DNA from: Nitrospirota bacterium | Lineage (GTDB): Bacteria > Nitrospirota > UBA9217 | Length of the DNA: 64,000 nucleotides | Assembly (NCBI GenBank): GCA_963840455.1 | Contig: CAWIYV010000014.1 | Span: 64,001-128,000 of the forward strand | Reading direction: 5' to 3' | Part shown: in pieces, positions 21,701 through 32,900 of the stretch | Position numbering within the stretch: position 1 is the stretch's first letter | Layout: each line of letters starts with the position of its first letter | Translations under genes and position numbers: made by a program | The notes under the pieces: generated by a model | What the model was told of the DNA's origin: nothing | The model's database searches: none | Seen by the model: the letters and a program-made list of their open reading frames with translations, nothing else

Positions 21701-22135
21701 ATGGAAGACCGCGATCGTAACCAGGAAATACTGAACGACCTGAATCTCGGCATCAGCGAGCTTGATGATCAGCACCAGGCGTTCTTCCTGCACATGGTCG
21801 GCCTCCGCAGGGCCCTGGTCGACGGTGCCGGCGGAAGGGAAAAGCTCATGAAGACGCTCCGGTTCCTCGACTCCTTCATGGAAGACCATTTCGGCGCCGA
21901 AGAGAAATACATGCGGCGCCATAACTATCCCGGCATCCTGGTCCATAAGGCGGAGCATGACGCGTTTGCGAAGATCATCGCCGAATTCAAAAAAAAGACC
22001 TCGGACCTCGATGCCCAGGGAGAGGCCACGTCCTTCCTGGCAGTCGAGGTCACGCGCCGTCTAGAGAAGTGGCTCGAGGAACACATTCGGACGATCGACC
22101 GGAAAATGGCCGACTACCTGCACGAGCGGATGTGA
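21701..22135 (+). CDS. Bacteriohemerythrin
   Basis: G...LD.QH, HF..EE..M....YP....HK.EH and WL..HI...D. Confidence 0.9.
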   Translation: MEDRDRNQEILNDLNLGISELDDQHQAFFLHMVGLRRALVDGAGGREKLMKTLRFLDSFMEDHFGAEEKYMRRHNYPGILVHKAEHDAFAKIIAEFKKKTSDLDAQGEATSFLAVEVTRRLEKWLEEHIRTIDRKMADYLHERM

Positions 22136-22433
22136 TCGATCGGCGGTCCGGCGATAGAACGGATAGAGAATTCATATAGTAAATGCAGAGAGCCGGAAGG
22201 ATGTTTCTTCCGGCTCTTGCTGTTTTCATTGTCTCAAAGATAGGGGATGGGGAAAAAGCTTCACCTTAAGTCGGTTGTAAATTGCACAACGATGAGCCAT
22301 AGCAGGAACAATCACATTCCAAAATGTCCAGCTCTCCTACGGCTACATTAATCATGGCATGCCGCTTATGAAAGAGAGAGGGCCGATTACCAAGCCGGCC
22401 CTCTCTGAATAAAACTGCATTTGACTCTTTCAC

Positions 22434-25400
22434 CTATTTAAACTTAAAGGCAGCTTCATGGATGTTTCCGTCTCCCAAGGTGAGAACCATCGTTCTACAC
22501 TGACCAGCATAGGTCTTGGATGTCTTCCAGTTGAACTGCCAGTAACCATCACCTAAGTACTGCAACCCGGAAGAGCCCGCTGCATACTCTTCAATGGCGG
22601 TTGCTGCGTCTCCTGAAAGGCTGTTACAGTTGATCAGGTACGATGCTAAGTCCCTGAAACTGGCCGGATCAGAGATCGGCGCTCCGTTTGCGTCAGTGAT
22701 CCGCCATTTGACGGGGATGGCCTGGCCGGCCTTTGCACTATTCACGACCTGGGGATTGTCGACCGGACTGAAGAACCCATAAAAGATATTATTGGGTTCT
22801 GCGACCACAAAGGGAGAAAGGCTTGAAGTCACACCGCAAATGGCATGCGAGATCGTATTGACCGATGTGGTGATGTCTTGCCATGCGGAACCGTTGTAAT
22901 GGAAGAGCTTCAGGTTCTGCTCGTTGGCCGGATTGGACATCGTAGCCGGATCGTAGACGATGCAGACGGTGACCGGGCCCGAGAAGGACGCCGTCGTGGT
23001 GATATCATAGGACGCGCCGTTCAGCATCCTGAAATTCGAAGGCAAAGGTGACGCAAGCGTCGTTATTGCCGTTGCCGTCACCGTGCCTTCCGCGGACGTG
23101 ACGCTCGTGAAACTGAGGTTTACATCGGCCGTTGGCGCCGCCGTGACGTTGTCCCCGTACGGGACCGCGGTCGTTCCTGAATTGCCCGATTCCGCACCGC
23201 CGCTGCCCGCGAGGCTAATCGTGAGCATGGGGACGTCAGGATCATTGGACGGAATCGCGACACTCCCTGTTTTCGTGCCCTCGGATACGGGCATGAAGGC
23301 AACCTGGAATGTGCAGATTTTCGTCGGGGCGAGCGTAACGCCGGAGCAGCGATCATTGAGAATTGAGAAATCATCGCCGGTTTTGGAAAGCGCGCCGAGA
23401 GTGAGATCGGCAGTGCCGCTGTTGGACAGCATGAACGATCTGATCGATGACATGTCCACGACCACAACCCCGAAGTCTTTCATGAACGCGACAAGATTGA
23501 TGACGGCCCGATCTGAGGGAACAATGGCCGGCCCGGTCGCTTCGAGGATACCGTCGATGTTCGACACATCGGCATCGGCCGGTACTGTGACGACGGATGC
23601 GTTGTCCAGGTCTGCGCTCCCGCCGTAGAAACGCCTTGCATAGAGCTGCGTCACGTCAATCGTGCCGCCCGTGATGACGGGGGGAGAAGGCCTAAATAGC
23701 ACTTTGTAGCTCCCTGGTGGGATACCCATTGCTGTATAGGCTCCCGTCGTGTTTGTTGGGGCCGATGCAATGCTGATTCCGTTCGGGCCAAGCACAATCG
23801 CGTAAGCAACGACAGGAAGCCCGTCCCTGTTGCTGATTCTTCCGGAAATGATCCTTCCGGGGATCATGGTGGCGTTTATTCCTGCTGTGGTGTCAGGAGC
23901 GGTCACCGTCGCGTAGGCAACCTGGGTCACCAGATTCTGAGCAGGCAGTGACCCTATCACGCTGCTTGCTATGAAACGGAGCTTGTACGTGCCACTCGGG
24001 ACATGCTGGACCGTATAGTTGCCCGCGGCATCGGTCCACCCGGCATCTACTCCTTGCTCATCAAGATCAGCAACTCTTACAGCTACATTCGCCATCCCCG
24101 TACCGTTCGTGTCAATAACCCCGCCGGACACCTGTCCAAACGGCGGATATACTGCGTCAAGCCCAATCGTTGAACCTTCATTTACGGCTATCAGATCGGC
24201 GCTTGCCATGCTGTGTTTTTGGTTATACCACTGATTCGATGTAATAACAGAGCCACCACTTGTACCGAGTGGCACCGGCTGATTGTAGAACTGCTCGATA
24301 TACGTTCCGGGGACGATATTGCTGAACAGATAATTGCCAGAGCTGCTTGTAACTCCATATATGCACGAAGGCCAGGAACATGACGGGCTCTCGTATTCGC
24401 GCATCACGCGTACAAACGCATTGGCAACGCCTGCACCGAATGAATCGGTGATTGTTCCGTAGATTGTTCCGGTCCCCAGGGTTAGTCTGGAAAAATTCAC
24501 CGTGACCGCGCGGGCGCTGGTTATGGACACAGTACAGGCGGCACCGATCGCGGAATCGCACCCTGTCCATCCGCTGAACGTGCTGTCGGAAGCAGCTACC
24601 GCATTGAGCGTGACCATCATACCAATGCTAAATTCCTGCCTGCACGTGCCGGAACAGTTGTAGCCGGGAGTGAACGTTACCGTTCCTGATCCTCCAGATC
24701 CGCTGCCGCTCATGGTCAAGCTCAGATCGTAAGAATTGCTTGGCTCAAGATAAGCAAATGCCTGTCCCACGGCGTCGGCTGGCAGCGGGTTAAGCTGGAC
24801 CTGCTTAGAGATGTAGCCGGGGGCTGAAACAGTGAGAAGCACCGCATCATTGGGCGCAACATTGATGACCGTGTACAAGCATGTTCCGGTACCGCTGCTG
24901 CAAGGCGGGGTGTACGTGACAGGGTAAGAGCTGCCCGGATTCAGCGTGCTCGCCGCGTACACTATCGGGTTTTTGATATTTTGAGTAGTTCCGGCATCGA
25001 GCGCTTGTCCACGAAGGGCGACATATCCCGGATTGACGCCCCATCCCGATACATCCGCATCAGTATAGATAATACGGTTGCCAAGTACGATTGAGGACGG
25101 CGGGTTAATGTCCTGCGAGTACCAGGTCCGGAATCCGGTCTTACTGATCGAGTACGCGAAGGTGACGCTCTGGGGGACTGAGAGGACAAAGGTCCCGGTC
25201 GCATCGGTAACAGCCTGGTACGACGGACTTCCCACGACTATCACCTGTGCGCCGACAACGGGGTTCCTCGCTGTATCAATGACGGTCTGGGTAAGGGTGA
25301 CTGTAATGCTCGCCGGCCCGAAGGAGGCGCTGATCGTATGGTCCATCCGCACATCGGTGAAGAGATAGCTCGTTTGCGCTCCCTTTGATACGCCGTCAAC

Positions 25401-25640
25401 AAGAACATCCGTTACGGTGTAGCCCGGGTCCATGGTGATGGTGTAACCCTGGACTCCACCGGGGGCTACCGTGACTGTGCCAGTGGGAGAGATGCTGCCG
25501 CCCGAGTTGGTTACGGATGCCGATATAGTAAAGGCGCTCGCCGAAGAGGCAGAGAAGACTGCCGCGGATAAAAACAACACGGTAACAGCAAGTAATCCAA
25601 TTTTTGAGAATCTCATATGTCGTACTGTTTTGCCTCTCAT
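22434..25640 (-). CDS. Large secreted protein: InlB-B-like repeats, carboxypeptidase-regulatory-like domains, choice-of-anchor-D-like Ig domain, C-terminal PxKF domain
   Basis: Signal peptide and RBS AAGGAGG; GFFSPVDN...N.AKAG.AIPVKW...YQFNWKT-type C-terminus. Confidence 0.82.
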   Translation of the reverse strand: MRGKTVRHMRFSKIGLLAVTVLFLSAAVFSASSASAFTISASVTNSGGSISPTGTVTVAPGGVQGYTITMDPGYTVTDVLVDGVSKGAQTSYLFTDVRMDHTISASFGPASITVTLTQTVIDTARNPVVGAQVIVVGSPSYQAVTDATGTFVLSVPQSVTFAYSISKTGFRTWYSQDINPPSSIVLGNRIIYTDADVSGWGVNPGYVALRGQALDAGTTQNIKNPIVYAASTLNPGSSYPVTYTPPCSSGTGTCLYTVINVAPNDAVLLTVSAPGYISKQVQLNPLPADAVGQAFAYLEPSNSYDLSLTMSGSGSGGSGTVTFTPGYNCSGTCRQEFSIGMMVTLNAVAASDSTFSGWTGCDSAIGAACTVSITSARAVTVNFSRLTLGTGTIYGTITDSFGAGVANAFVRVMREYESPSCSWPSCIYGVTSSSGNYLFSNIVPGTYIEQFYNQPVPLGTSGGSVITSNQWYNQKHSMASADLIAVNEGSTIGLDAVYPPFGQVSGGVIDTNGTGMANVAVRVADLDEQGVDAGWTDAAGNYTVQHVPSGTYKLRFIASSVIGSLPAQNLVTQVAYATVTAPDTTAGINATMIPGRIISGRISNRDGLPVVAYAIVLGPNGISIASAPTNTTGAYTAMGIPPGSYKVLFRPSPPVITGGTIDVTQLYARRFYGGSADLDNASVVTVPADADVSNIDGILEATGPAIVPSDRAVINLVAFMKDFGVVVVDMSSIRSFMLSNSGTADLTLGALSKTGDDFSILNDRCSGVTLAPTKICTFQVAFMPVSEGTKTGSVAIPSNDPDVPMLTISLAGSGGAESGNSGTTAVPYGDNVTAAPTADVNLSFTSVTSAEGTVTATAITTLASPLPSNFRMLNGASYDITTTASFSGPVTVCIVYDPATMSNPANEQNLKLFHYNGSAWQDITTSVNTISHAICGVTSSLSPFVVAEPNNIFYGFFSPVDNPQVVNSAKAGQAIPVKWRITDANGAPISDPASFRDLASYLINCNSLSGDAATAIEEYAAGSSGLQYLGDGYWQFNWKTSKTYAGQCRTMVLTLGDGNIHEAAFKFK

Positions 25641-25872
25641 AGTGATCCTCCTTGATTCCTGGACTTTCAGCTGCTGAAAAGATTAAAGAGAATTTCTCTC
25701 GAACGTGCTGTCCGGCTTCATGAGCAGGGGGAGCCTTCCGGCTCTCCCTTGCCTGGACAGTATGTGGGCACCTTACTTCACATCACCTCCTTGTAAGTTA
25801 AAATATGCCTCCCTGTCTAGTCTCCTTTAAACTTAACAAAATAAATAGGCCGAGCACACCAAAGGCGTCAAC

Positions 25873-25953
25873 CTTCGGCAGCTCGGCCGTCTTGGTCTTT
25901 TAAGACCCGTCGCTTTCCGTCCCCCTCTCGCGAAGGGTTAGGCTTTATCGAGA
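25873..25953 (-). ncRNA. Cyclic di-GMP-I (GEMM-I) riboswitch
   Basis: Minus strand reads CGATAAAGCCTAACCCTTC-GCGA-GAGGGGGACGGAAAGCGACGGGTCT...AGACGGCCGAGCTGCCGAA, with a GNRA tetraloop and GACGGAAAGC core. Terminator GGCCGAGC...GCTCGGCC-TATTT overlaps the 3' end. Confidence 0.88.
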
Positions 25954-26131
25954 ATCAGGTATATTCAATCACAGGCTATAGACGTTGTCAATTTCCAAAA
26001 TTTGCAATTGTTCACTTTATTGCATTTATGTAAAGTGAAAATGAGAATGGAAAATTTACCTCGAATGCGAAAAACCTATACCAGACTTTGTGGAGCGAAA
26101 GTCTTTACGCTCGGAGCTGGTGTCTAGATCG

Positions 26132-26509
26132 TTACCGACCGTAGATATGGACGACCTCCATGGACCACAGCCCAAATAGAGCGCTCCATTGCTCCAGGTC
26201 GGCATAATAAATGTTTGTCATTCCGTGCTCTTTGGCCACCTGGCCCAGCCCATTATTGCCCACGCGGACACTCAGGACGCTCGTGAGAGGATAGTTGACC
26301 TGGGTGATCCGGCCCTTTCCTTCCATCACGCTGTTCTTTATGTCAGTAATTTCCCGGTTCACGGTAAGCGGTTGCACGGTATGGGAATAAAGGCCTCCCC
26401 GAAGAGTAAAGGTTGGCGAGTTAGCCGGTGTGCCGGGAGCCCGGAGCAGTGAGCAGCCGGTCAGGAACAGTATCATCACTGATAGCAGTACGATAAGCCT
26501 GATAAGCAT
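26132..26509 (-). CDS. TRL-like lipoprotein
   Basis: Lipobox LTGC, G.LYSHTV.PL, G...AK.HG...IYYAD and C-terminal YG. Confidence 0.7.
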   Translation of the reverse strand: MLIRLIVLLSVMILFLTGCSLLRAPGTPANSPTFTLRGGLYSHTVQPLTVNREITDIKNSVMEGKGRITQVNYPLTSVLSVRVGNNGLGQVAKEHGMTNIYYADLEQWSALFGLWSMEVVHIYGR

Positions 26510-26520
26510 GTCTTCCTCCG

Positions 26521-26817
26521 TCAGTCACCGTATACGATCGTCGTGACCCGGCTATAGAGACCGAACAGGATCACCTGCATTTCCCTGTCCATGTGCGTGA
26601 TTACCGTCACATCGCCGCTCCGGGCAGCGCGCGCTTGTCCCGCGTCTCCCCACGCAAAGAGCCACAGGATCGAGTACATGGATGACTCTCCCTGCTTATG
26701 TCCCAAATCGTTCTTGTTCAATTCCGTGCTCAAGGGCATCGTAACGTTAGTATAGATGCACCCGTTCGCAGCGAGCATAGTTGTCACGAGGACAATGATC
26801 GAGAAGAAGTGTTTCAT
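26521..26817 (-). CDS. TRL-like family lipoprotein
   Basis: NGCIYTNVT.P, K.GES...SILWLFAWGDAG...AA..G and T.VYGD. Confidence 0.8.
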   Translation of the reverse strand: MKHFFSIIVLVTTMLAANGCIYTNVTMPLSTELNKNDLGHKQGESSMYSILWLFAWGDAGQARAARSGDVTVITHMDREMQVILFGLYSRVTTIVYGD

Positions 26818-26988
26818 GTCTGCTCCTTTCCCACTACGCATCCGCTAATGCGCGCTGCATTTTCTGACAATCTCATGCGGCACATAAAATCACGAGTGAA
26901 TGCGATAATCAGGTTGATAACCACAGATCGCTTCGACCAGGGTAGTTGCATGCTTCAGGAAAAAGTCTATACAGCCGCTTATCGTGTG

Positions 26989-29900
26989 TCAATGCAGTTT
27001 TTCGATCAACTCTTTCACCGTCACGAACAGGTCTCCCACTATGGGGTGAACTCTCGGCGCAGGGCGTGTCTGGTTCAGCTTCATGAGCGGCGCCTCGGGG
27101 TCCTTATTGAAGCAGAGAACCTCGGCGCGCGTCCCGAGATAGTCTATGTGCTGCGGTGCGCCGGAGATCCCGAGGCAGATGATGAGCTTCGGGTTGACGC
27201 GCACGCCGGTCTGGCCGATCTGCGCATCCAGCGGGAGCAGCTTCAGGTCCTGCGTCACTTTCCGCGTTGCTCCGAACATCGGGGCAAGCCCCATCCCTTC
27301 CAGCATCTTTTTCAAATCATTCGCCAGCGCGATCCCTGACCCATCCTTGACGCCGTAGCCCAGGTCGATGATCACCTCTGCGCTCGACAGGGTCGGCGGG
27401 GCAGGCGGCGGGAGCGGTGTGGTCCAGTCCGGCCCTGCCTCGCTGTCGATCTCCACGACCGTGAACTTGTCCCGGGGTGCCTGTGCGGGTAGGTCTGCAT
27501 CGCTGCTCATGGTCAGTAACGCGCTCCCGTCCCGTACCCGTTCCTGCCTCACCAGCCTGCCGGCGTAAACGGGCACGTCGATGTTGAGTGATCCGTCGGC
27601 GTTCCGATCAACATGGCTGATGTTGGTCACGATGCGGATCCTGCTGCCTGCCTCCTGCCCGCCTGCTGTAGTCGCGATTGCATCGTTCCAGCTTGCCCCC
27701 GCGATGATCATAGGTTCGCCTGATCGGGTCATGATGAGCTTGAGGACCTGTTGCATGCCGAAGCGGGAGAGAGCCCCATCCCTGGTGTCAATACAGAAAG
27801 CTCTCTCAGCGCCGTTCGCTTGGGCGAGGCCGAGCAGGGAAGGCCAGCTCTCACGGGGCGCGGACACCAGGCAACAGGAGGTCTTGCCGAGGAGGTCGGC
27901 TGCGATGCGGCCGGCCCTGAGCGCGGCCAGGCCTCCTTTCCTATCAAGGGGATCAAGGATCGACCATACAACAGGTCCAGGTGCCAACTGCCCTTTTCCG
28001 ATGGTTCCTGCGTAGGTTTCTGTCCTTGCAGCACTCGCTAGGGCAGCATACTCTTTGAGAAATGTCGCAGCGTCCTTGACCGAAGTGATGGTCCTGGTCC
28101 CGGCTGTTTTGCGCGCAGGCCGGGCGAAACGAGGCAGGGGGGAAGGCACGCCCGAAGAGCTCATCACCGAGATGTTCCGGGAAAGTCCGGCCACGAGGTC
28201 GCTGATGCTTTGCCCCAGCGGCATTGATCCGGTGGAGATGCCAATGATCGACGGGGTAGAAACGCCGTCAATGCCCGATGGGTCGGACTTCGCCCTCATG
28301 CGGGGGACAGGCAGGTAGTGCCGCTTCAGGCCTCCCGCGAGGAACGGTGCAAGGCCATGGTCGCCGTTAAGAGATTCTGCGCCAAGGACAATGAGGTCAT
28401 AGTTCCCGTCGAGCTCCAGATCCTTCACGGCACCAACAAAGGCAGTGAACTCCGCGGGGTCCCGGTCAAGCCGGACAAGCCGGTCCGCTGTCGGGGCCGC
28501 GGACCTGAGCAGCTGCTCCCGTTCAGCTCCAGCCGGCATGAGCACATGGACGGTCACGTTCGTGCCGCTTGCGGCCTTGAGCGCCAGCGCCTGGTCCAGC
28601 CCCGACCGATCAAGAGGGTCGATCTCCCAGACAAGCTCGCTGATTGCCCCGTTGTCGAGCCGCGGAAGGGGCGAGAGAACGGGGACCGGCCGGATGATGG
28701 AGAGGATGCGGAGCGGTGCACTGACCGCGCCGACCGTTTCCTGTTCGGCCCGGTCTTTCTTCGCAGCACGGTCCAGGACAGCGTCTGCTGCCCGCACTTC
28801 AGGAGCATCGAGGTCCCGGGAGAGCTGCTGCCATGCAGGAGCGAAAGCCTGGTCGAGATGTCCCAATTTCGCCAGCGCGCGTTCAGCAGCGCGCTGACCG
28901 GCCTGCAGCAGGGGATCGACATAGGCCGGCCCGAGGAGGTCCCTGCGTTCCGCAAGCCATTCACAGCGGTAGAAGACGCATTCGAGCCGCAGGACCTCTC
29001 CGGCCATCTCGGCAAGGGGGAAGAGCGCGGGCTGCAGCATGGCATCGGACCACGCGGCATCGCCAAGCTGTTCCCGGGCGGCCAGAACGTGCTTTCGCAG
29101 CAGGTTCTTCCATGCGCTGAGCGTCATGGCAGCGGTGTCCTGCGGCCGTTCAAGGATGCGGTCCGGCAGCTCGGGCCAGTCCGCTGCCTGGCTGATCAGG
29201 TCCTTCAGGATGAGGAAGCGCTGGACCTCGTTGGTCCCTTCGTAGATGTTCAGGATGCGGGCGTCGCGCCGGGCCTTTTCGAGCAGATACTGCTCGGTCT
29301 GCCCCACGGGTCCGTAGGCCCGTTCGATGAGCGAGATGATCTCGTGAACGTCCTCAGAACAGACGTACTTGGCGATGGCCGACTCCATGCGGACCGATTC
29401 ATGGGGGCGGTCGAAGAGCCCGATCAAGTAATAGGCCAGGGACTCGCTTCCGAACTGGATGGCAGCGGCCTCGCCAAGAAGCCTGTCCCGGACCTCCGAT
29501 TGCGGCAGGGCCTGCGATGCCTCTGCCATGAGCTTCCGCGCCAGGGCGCCGGCAACGACCGCGAGGCCGCAGCGGCCCACGTTCAGGGTCTCGAGGGCGT
29601 TCACCTGTCCGTGGCCTTCGTAGCCGATGATCGCCTCGCGCGGCACGCGCACATTGTCCAGCGAGATCTCGTTGGTCGGAGAGCCGCGCTGGCCCATCTT
29701 GCGCTCGTCGGCGCCCACCTTCAGGCCTTCAGCATGGCGGTCCACCATGAAGCCTGTGACGCCTTCGGGCGTCTGAGCAAAGAGGCAGAACTGCGTTGCC
29801 AGGCTGCCGTTGGTGATCCACATCTTGGAGCCCGTGAGGCTGTAGTACGCGTAGTGGGGTCCGGTGCCCGTGGTCCGGACCTGGCCGATGTCATGGAACT

Positions 29901-32900
29901 CGCAGACCGTCCCCTGGTATTCGTAGGCGCGAACGCCTTCGTCCGTGCCGTAGTCGTAGCGGTCGTATCGGACCGGGACAAGTTTGTCGTCGGGCGTGCG
30001 ATAGGCCATGCCGTTGTCGGTGAAGGCGATGCGGTCTGCGTCGATGAGATAGCGTTTGCACTTGTCGAGCTCTCCAGTCGGCGAGAACGCGTACCGTCCA
30101 TCGGGCAGGGGCGAGAGCATGGCGATCCTGAGCACGGCCATGGTCTTGACGCCGCCGGAGTCAGAGCCTGCGGTCGGCTCGGTCAGGGCAAAGGCGCTGA
30201 CGCCGCCGTGGCCGAGGTTCCGCAGAAAGAGCTTGTGTGCCCGCTCCCGCCGAGGAAGTTCGTCGAGGCCGTCGCGGACATCAGGCATGATGCGCTCGAA
30301 GAGCTCTGCGGCATGGACAAGGTTCGTCATGAACCCGCCGAAGTCGCCGCGTTGACCTGCGATGCCAGCTCCGTAGAAGGAGCGCAGGAAACCGGCCGAG
30401 AGATACTTGACGACGCGCGTGCGGCGGATGCGGTCGTCGACAAGCCTCATGATCGCGCTGTACTCCTTCCGCACCCATCGGGGGTTCGGGTTCCTGAACG
30501 ACGACACTAGGCGCCTGATGCGCGAACCGATCTCGCCAAGCCGCTTCGGGTCATGGACGAGCGGGGTGAGCTCTTCCCGCACACGGGGGAGCTCATCCTC
30601 CAGCCCCAGCAGCACCGGCGTGGTGCCGATGCTCGTGCTGGCCATGATCAGCAGGCAGACAGCGGCGTCGCCGAAGCTGCCCGAGGCTGAGTTCAGGACA
30701 TAGTACCCGGCCTTGCGCCAGCCCAGGCCGTCCTCGGCCTTGGGAACGTAGGTGGCGAGCCACCTGTTCTGCTTCACTGCAGCGATGACCTCGTCCGGCA
30801 GGTTATGGATCTGCTCCACGTACCGTTCGAAGTGCATTCCTTCGAAGCTCCTGCCGCCTGCATTCGCCTTGAACCAGTCCACGAGGCCGCGCCATTGCTG
30901 CCGGAGCTTCGGGTCATGGAGCTGCATCTCCGGCACATAGCGCGGCGAGCGGTCGAAGATCGAAACGAGAAAGGTCCCTGAACGGTGAGGCCTGCCCGGC
31001 CGGTTGCAGAAGTGTTCGTAGTCCTGGCCCAGATCGACGGCAGCGATGTCCGGGGCAGGGGGGGAGACCGCGGCAGGCGATACGCGTCCGCTGCCTGCTG
31101 ACAGCGCGGCTTTCCTGACAGCCTTTTCGGCAAGTCCGAGCAGGACCTCGACTGAAGCAGCCTCCTGCTCCATGCTCCTGCCAGCGTTAAGACCCGCTTC
31201 GACAACGACAAGCAGACCGCGTATGTCGAGCAGCAGCGCGGCTGCATCACCGGACGCGTGAGCATCAGCCCCCGCCGGCATGCTGTCATAGCCGGACTGC
31301 ACCGCGTTCCACTGTTTCACGAGAGACGCAAGAGGCGCTCCGCTGATCTTGGAAAAGCTGCCGAGCTCGGCCGAAAGAGTCTTCGTGAGATCAGCTCCTG
31401 CCAGGCCGGCATGAAGGGCGGACGACGCACCATATCCTGGTGCAAGGAACCGGAAAAGTGCGCTGTCGCGGTAGAAGCGCGCGAGGAGGTCGTCCTCGGA
31501 GAAGGCGAAGCCTCCGAAGACCTGGCCTGCGTCGTAGGCCATGCATCCGGGCTCAGGACCGAAGGCCATGGCAGCCGTTGCCGCGCATAAAGCATCGAAC
31601 TCGGGAGATGTTGCACCGTGCGAACGCCGGGCAACGCGGTACAGTGTTTCGAGCAGCAGCGTCCACGCCTCAATGCGGCTGACGAGCGCCTTGACCGCGC
31701 CGAGCTTGGCGATGCCGTCGCGGCCCTGGGTGTCGAGCATCTGGCCGGGGAACTGGACCCTGCCTGCGGCATGCTCCCTGGCGCGGCGCGAGAGGTAGTC
31801 GCCTGCGCCGAGAGCAATGGCGAGATAGGAGGCGGCGTCAAGCTCCTCGGTGTCCCGGATCGGGAAGCGGTCCTGCTTGCTCAGCGTGCAATTGAGCTCG
31901 ATCCGTGAGAGGCCTGCTGCCCGGAATCCAATGGCCGGCGCTGGCGTGATCTTGACCCCGGCTGCTGTGAAGGGCAGGATATACGCCGTGCCCCCGGCGA
32001 CCAGCAGAAGGGCCGTTGACGCGGCTGCAGGCACGAGCTCGATCGAGCCAATGATCGTGACGCCTCCGCTGCTCTCCCTGAGGACCATGTGTTCGCCGCT
32101 CACAAGACAGGCGCCGGGAATTCCGTCCCGTCCTGCCTGCTGAAGGGCCTTTGTTGCGGCCATCTGTTGGGCCGCGATCAGGCCGAGGGCAGGGCTGACC
32201 GATGCCAGCGCCCTGATGGCGGGGCGGGCGGGATGAAGATGCTCCGCGATGAACTGCCTGAGCTTCGTTGCCCACTCATCCGGCATGGGCCCGTCCTCCC
32301 ATTGCTTCACCACGCGGTCAGGGAAGATCGCCGCGACCTCTTGGGCGAAAATGATCGGATCGCTGGTCTCAGCCTTCTTGCTCGGCGTTATCGCTGTCCA
32401 GGAACGGAGCTCCTGCTCAAGCCGCGAGACAGCGTAGAGCGCATGGAACATCCTGCCTTCAGCAAGCCTTGTGCCGATGTCGGCCTTCTCGTCCCTGATC
32501 TCTTGGGCCAGGTCCGGCCGTTCATCCACACCGAGAGCCGTCTCCAGCAATGTCATCTTCTCGATCAGCCGTTCGCCGAGCTGCCGGGGCCAGGACATCC
32601 TTCCGGCGCTGACCGATGCGGGAAGGTCCGCGACGCCGGCGCAAAACGCGGCAATGGCGTTCAGGACCGACGCGATAGCGGCAGTGATGTCCTCGTTCAG
32701 GTACCATCGTTTTCGGTCGATCACCTGCGGCTGTTCGATCGCAGGTTCCTTTGCCGCGTTCCGCTTCAGCGATCCGAGAAGTCCGTCGATCGCCCCGCTT
32801 TCGGGCCGGTAGATGAGGCGGTGGTCCGTAAACCTCCCCCAGAGCACCCCGGCCGGCTCGGCGCGCCAGCAGGACTCGCACTTGATGCAGTTCTCCCAGT

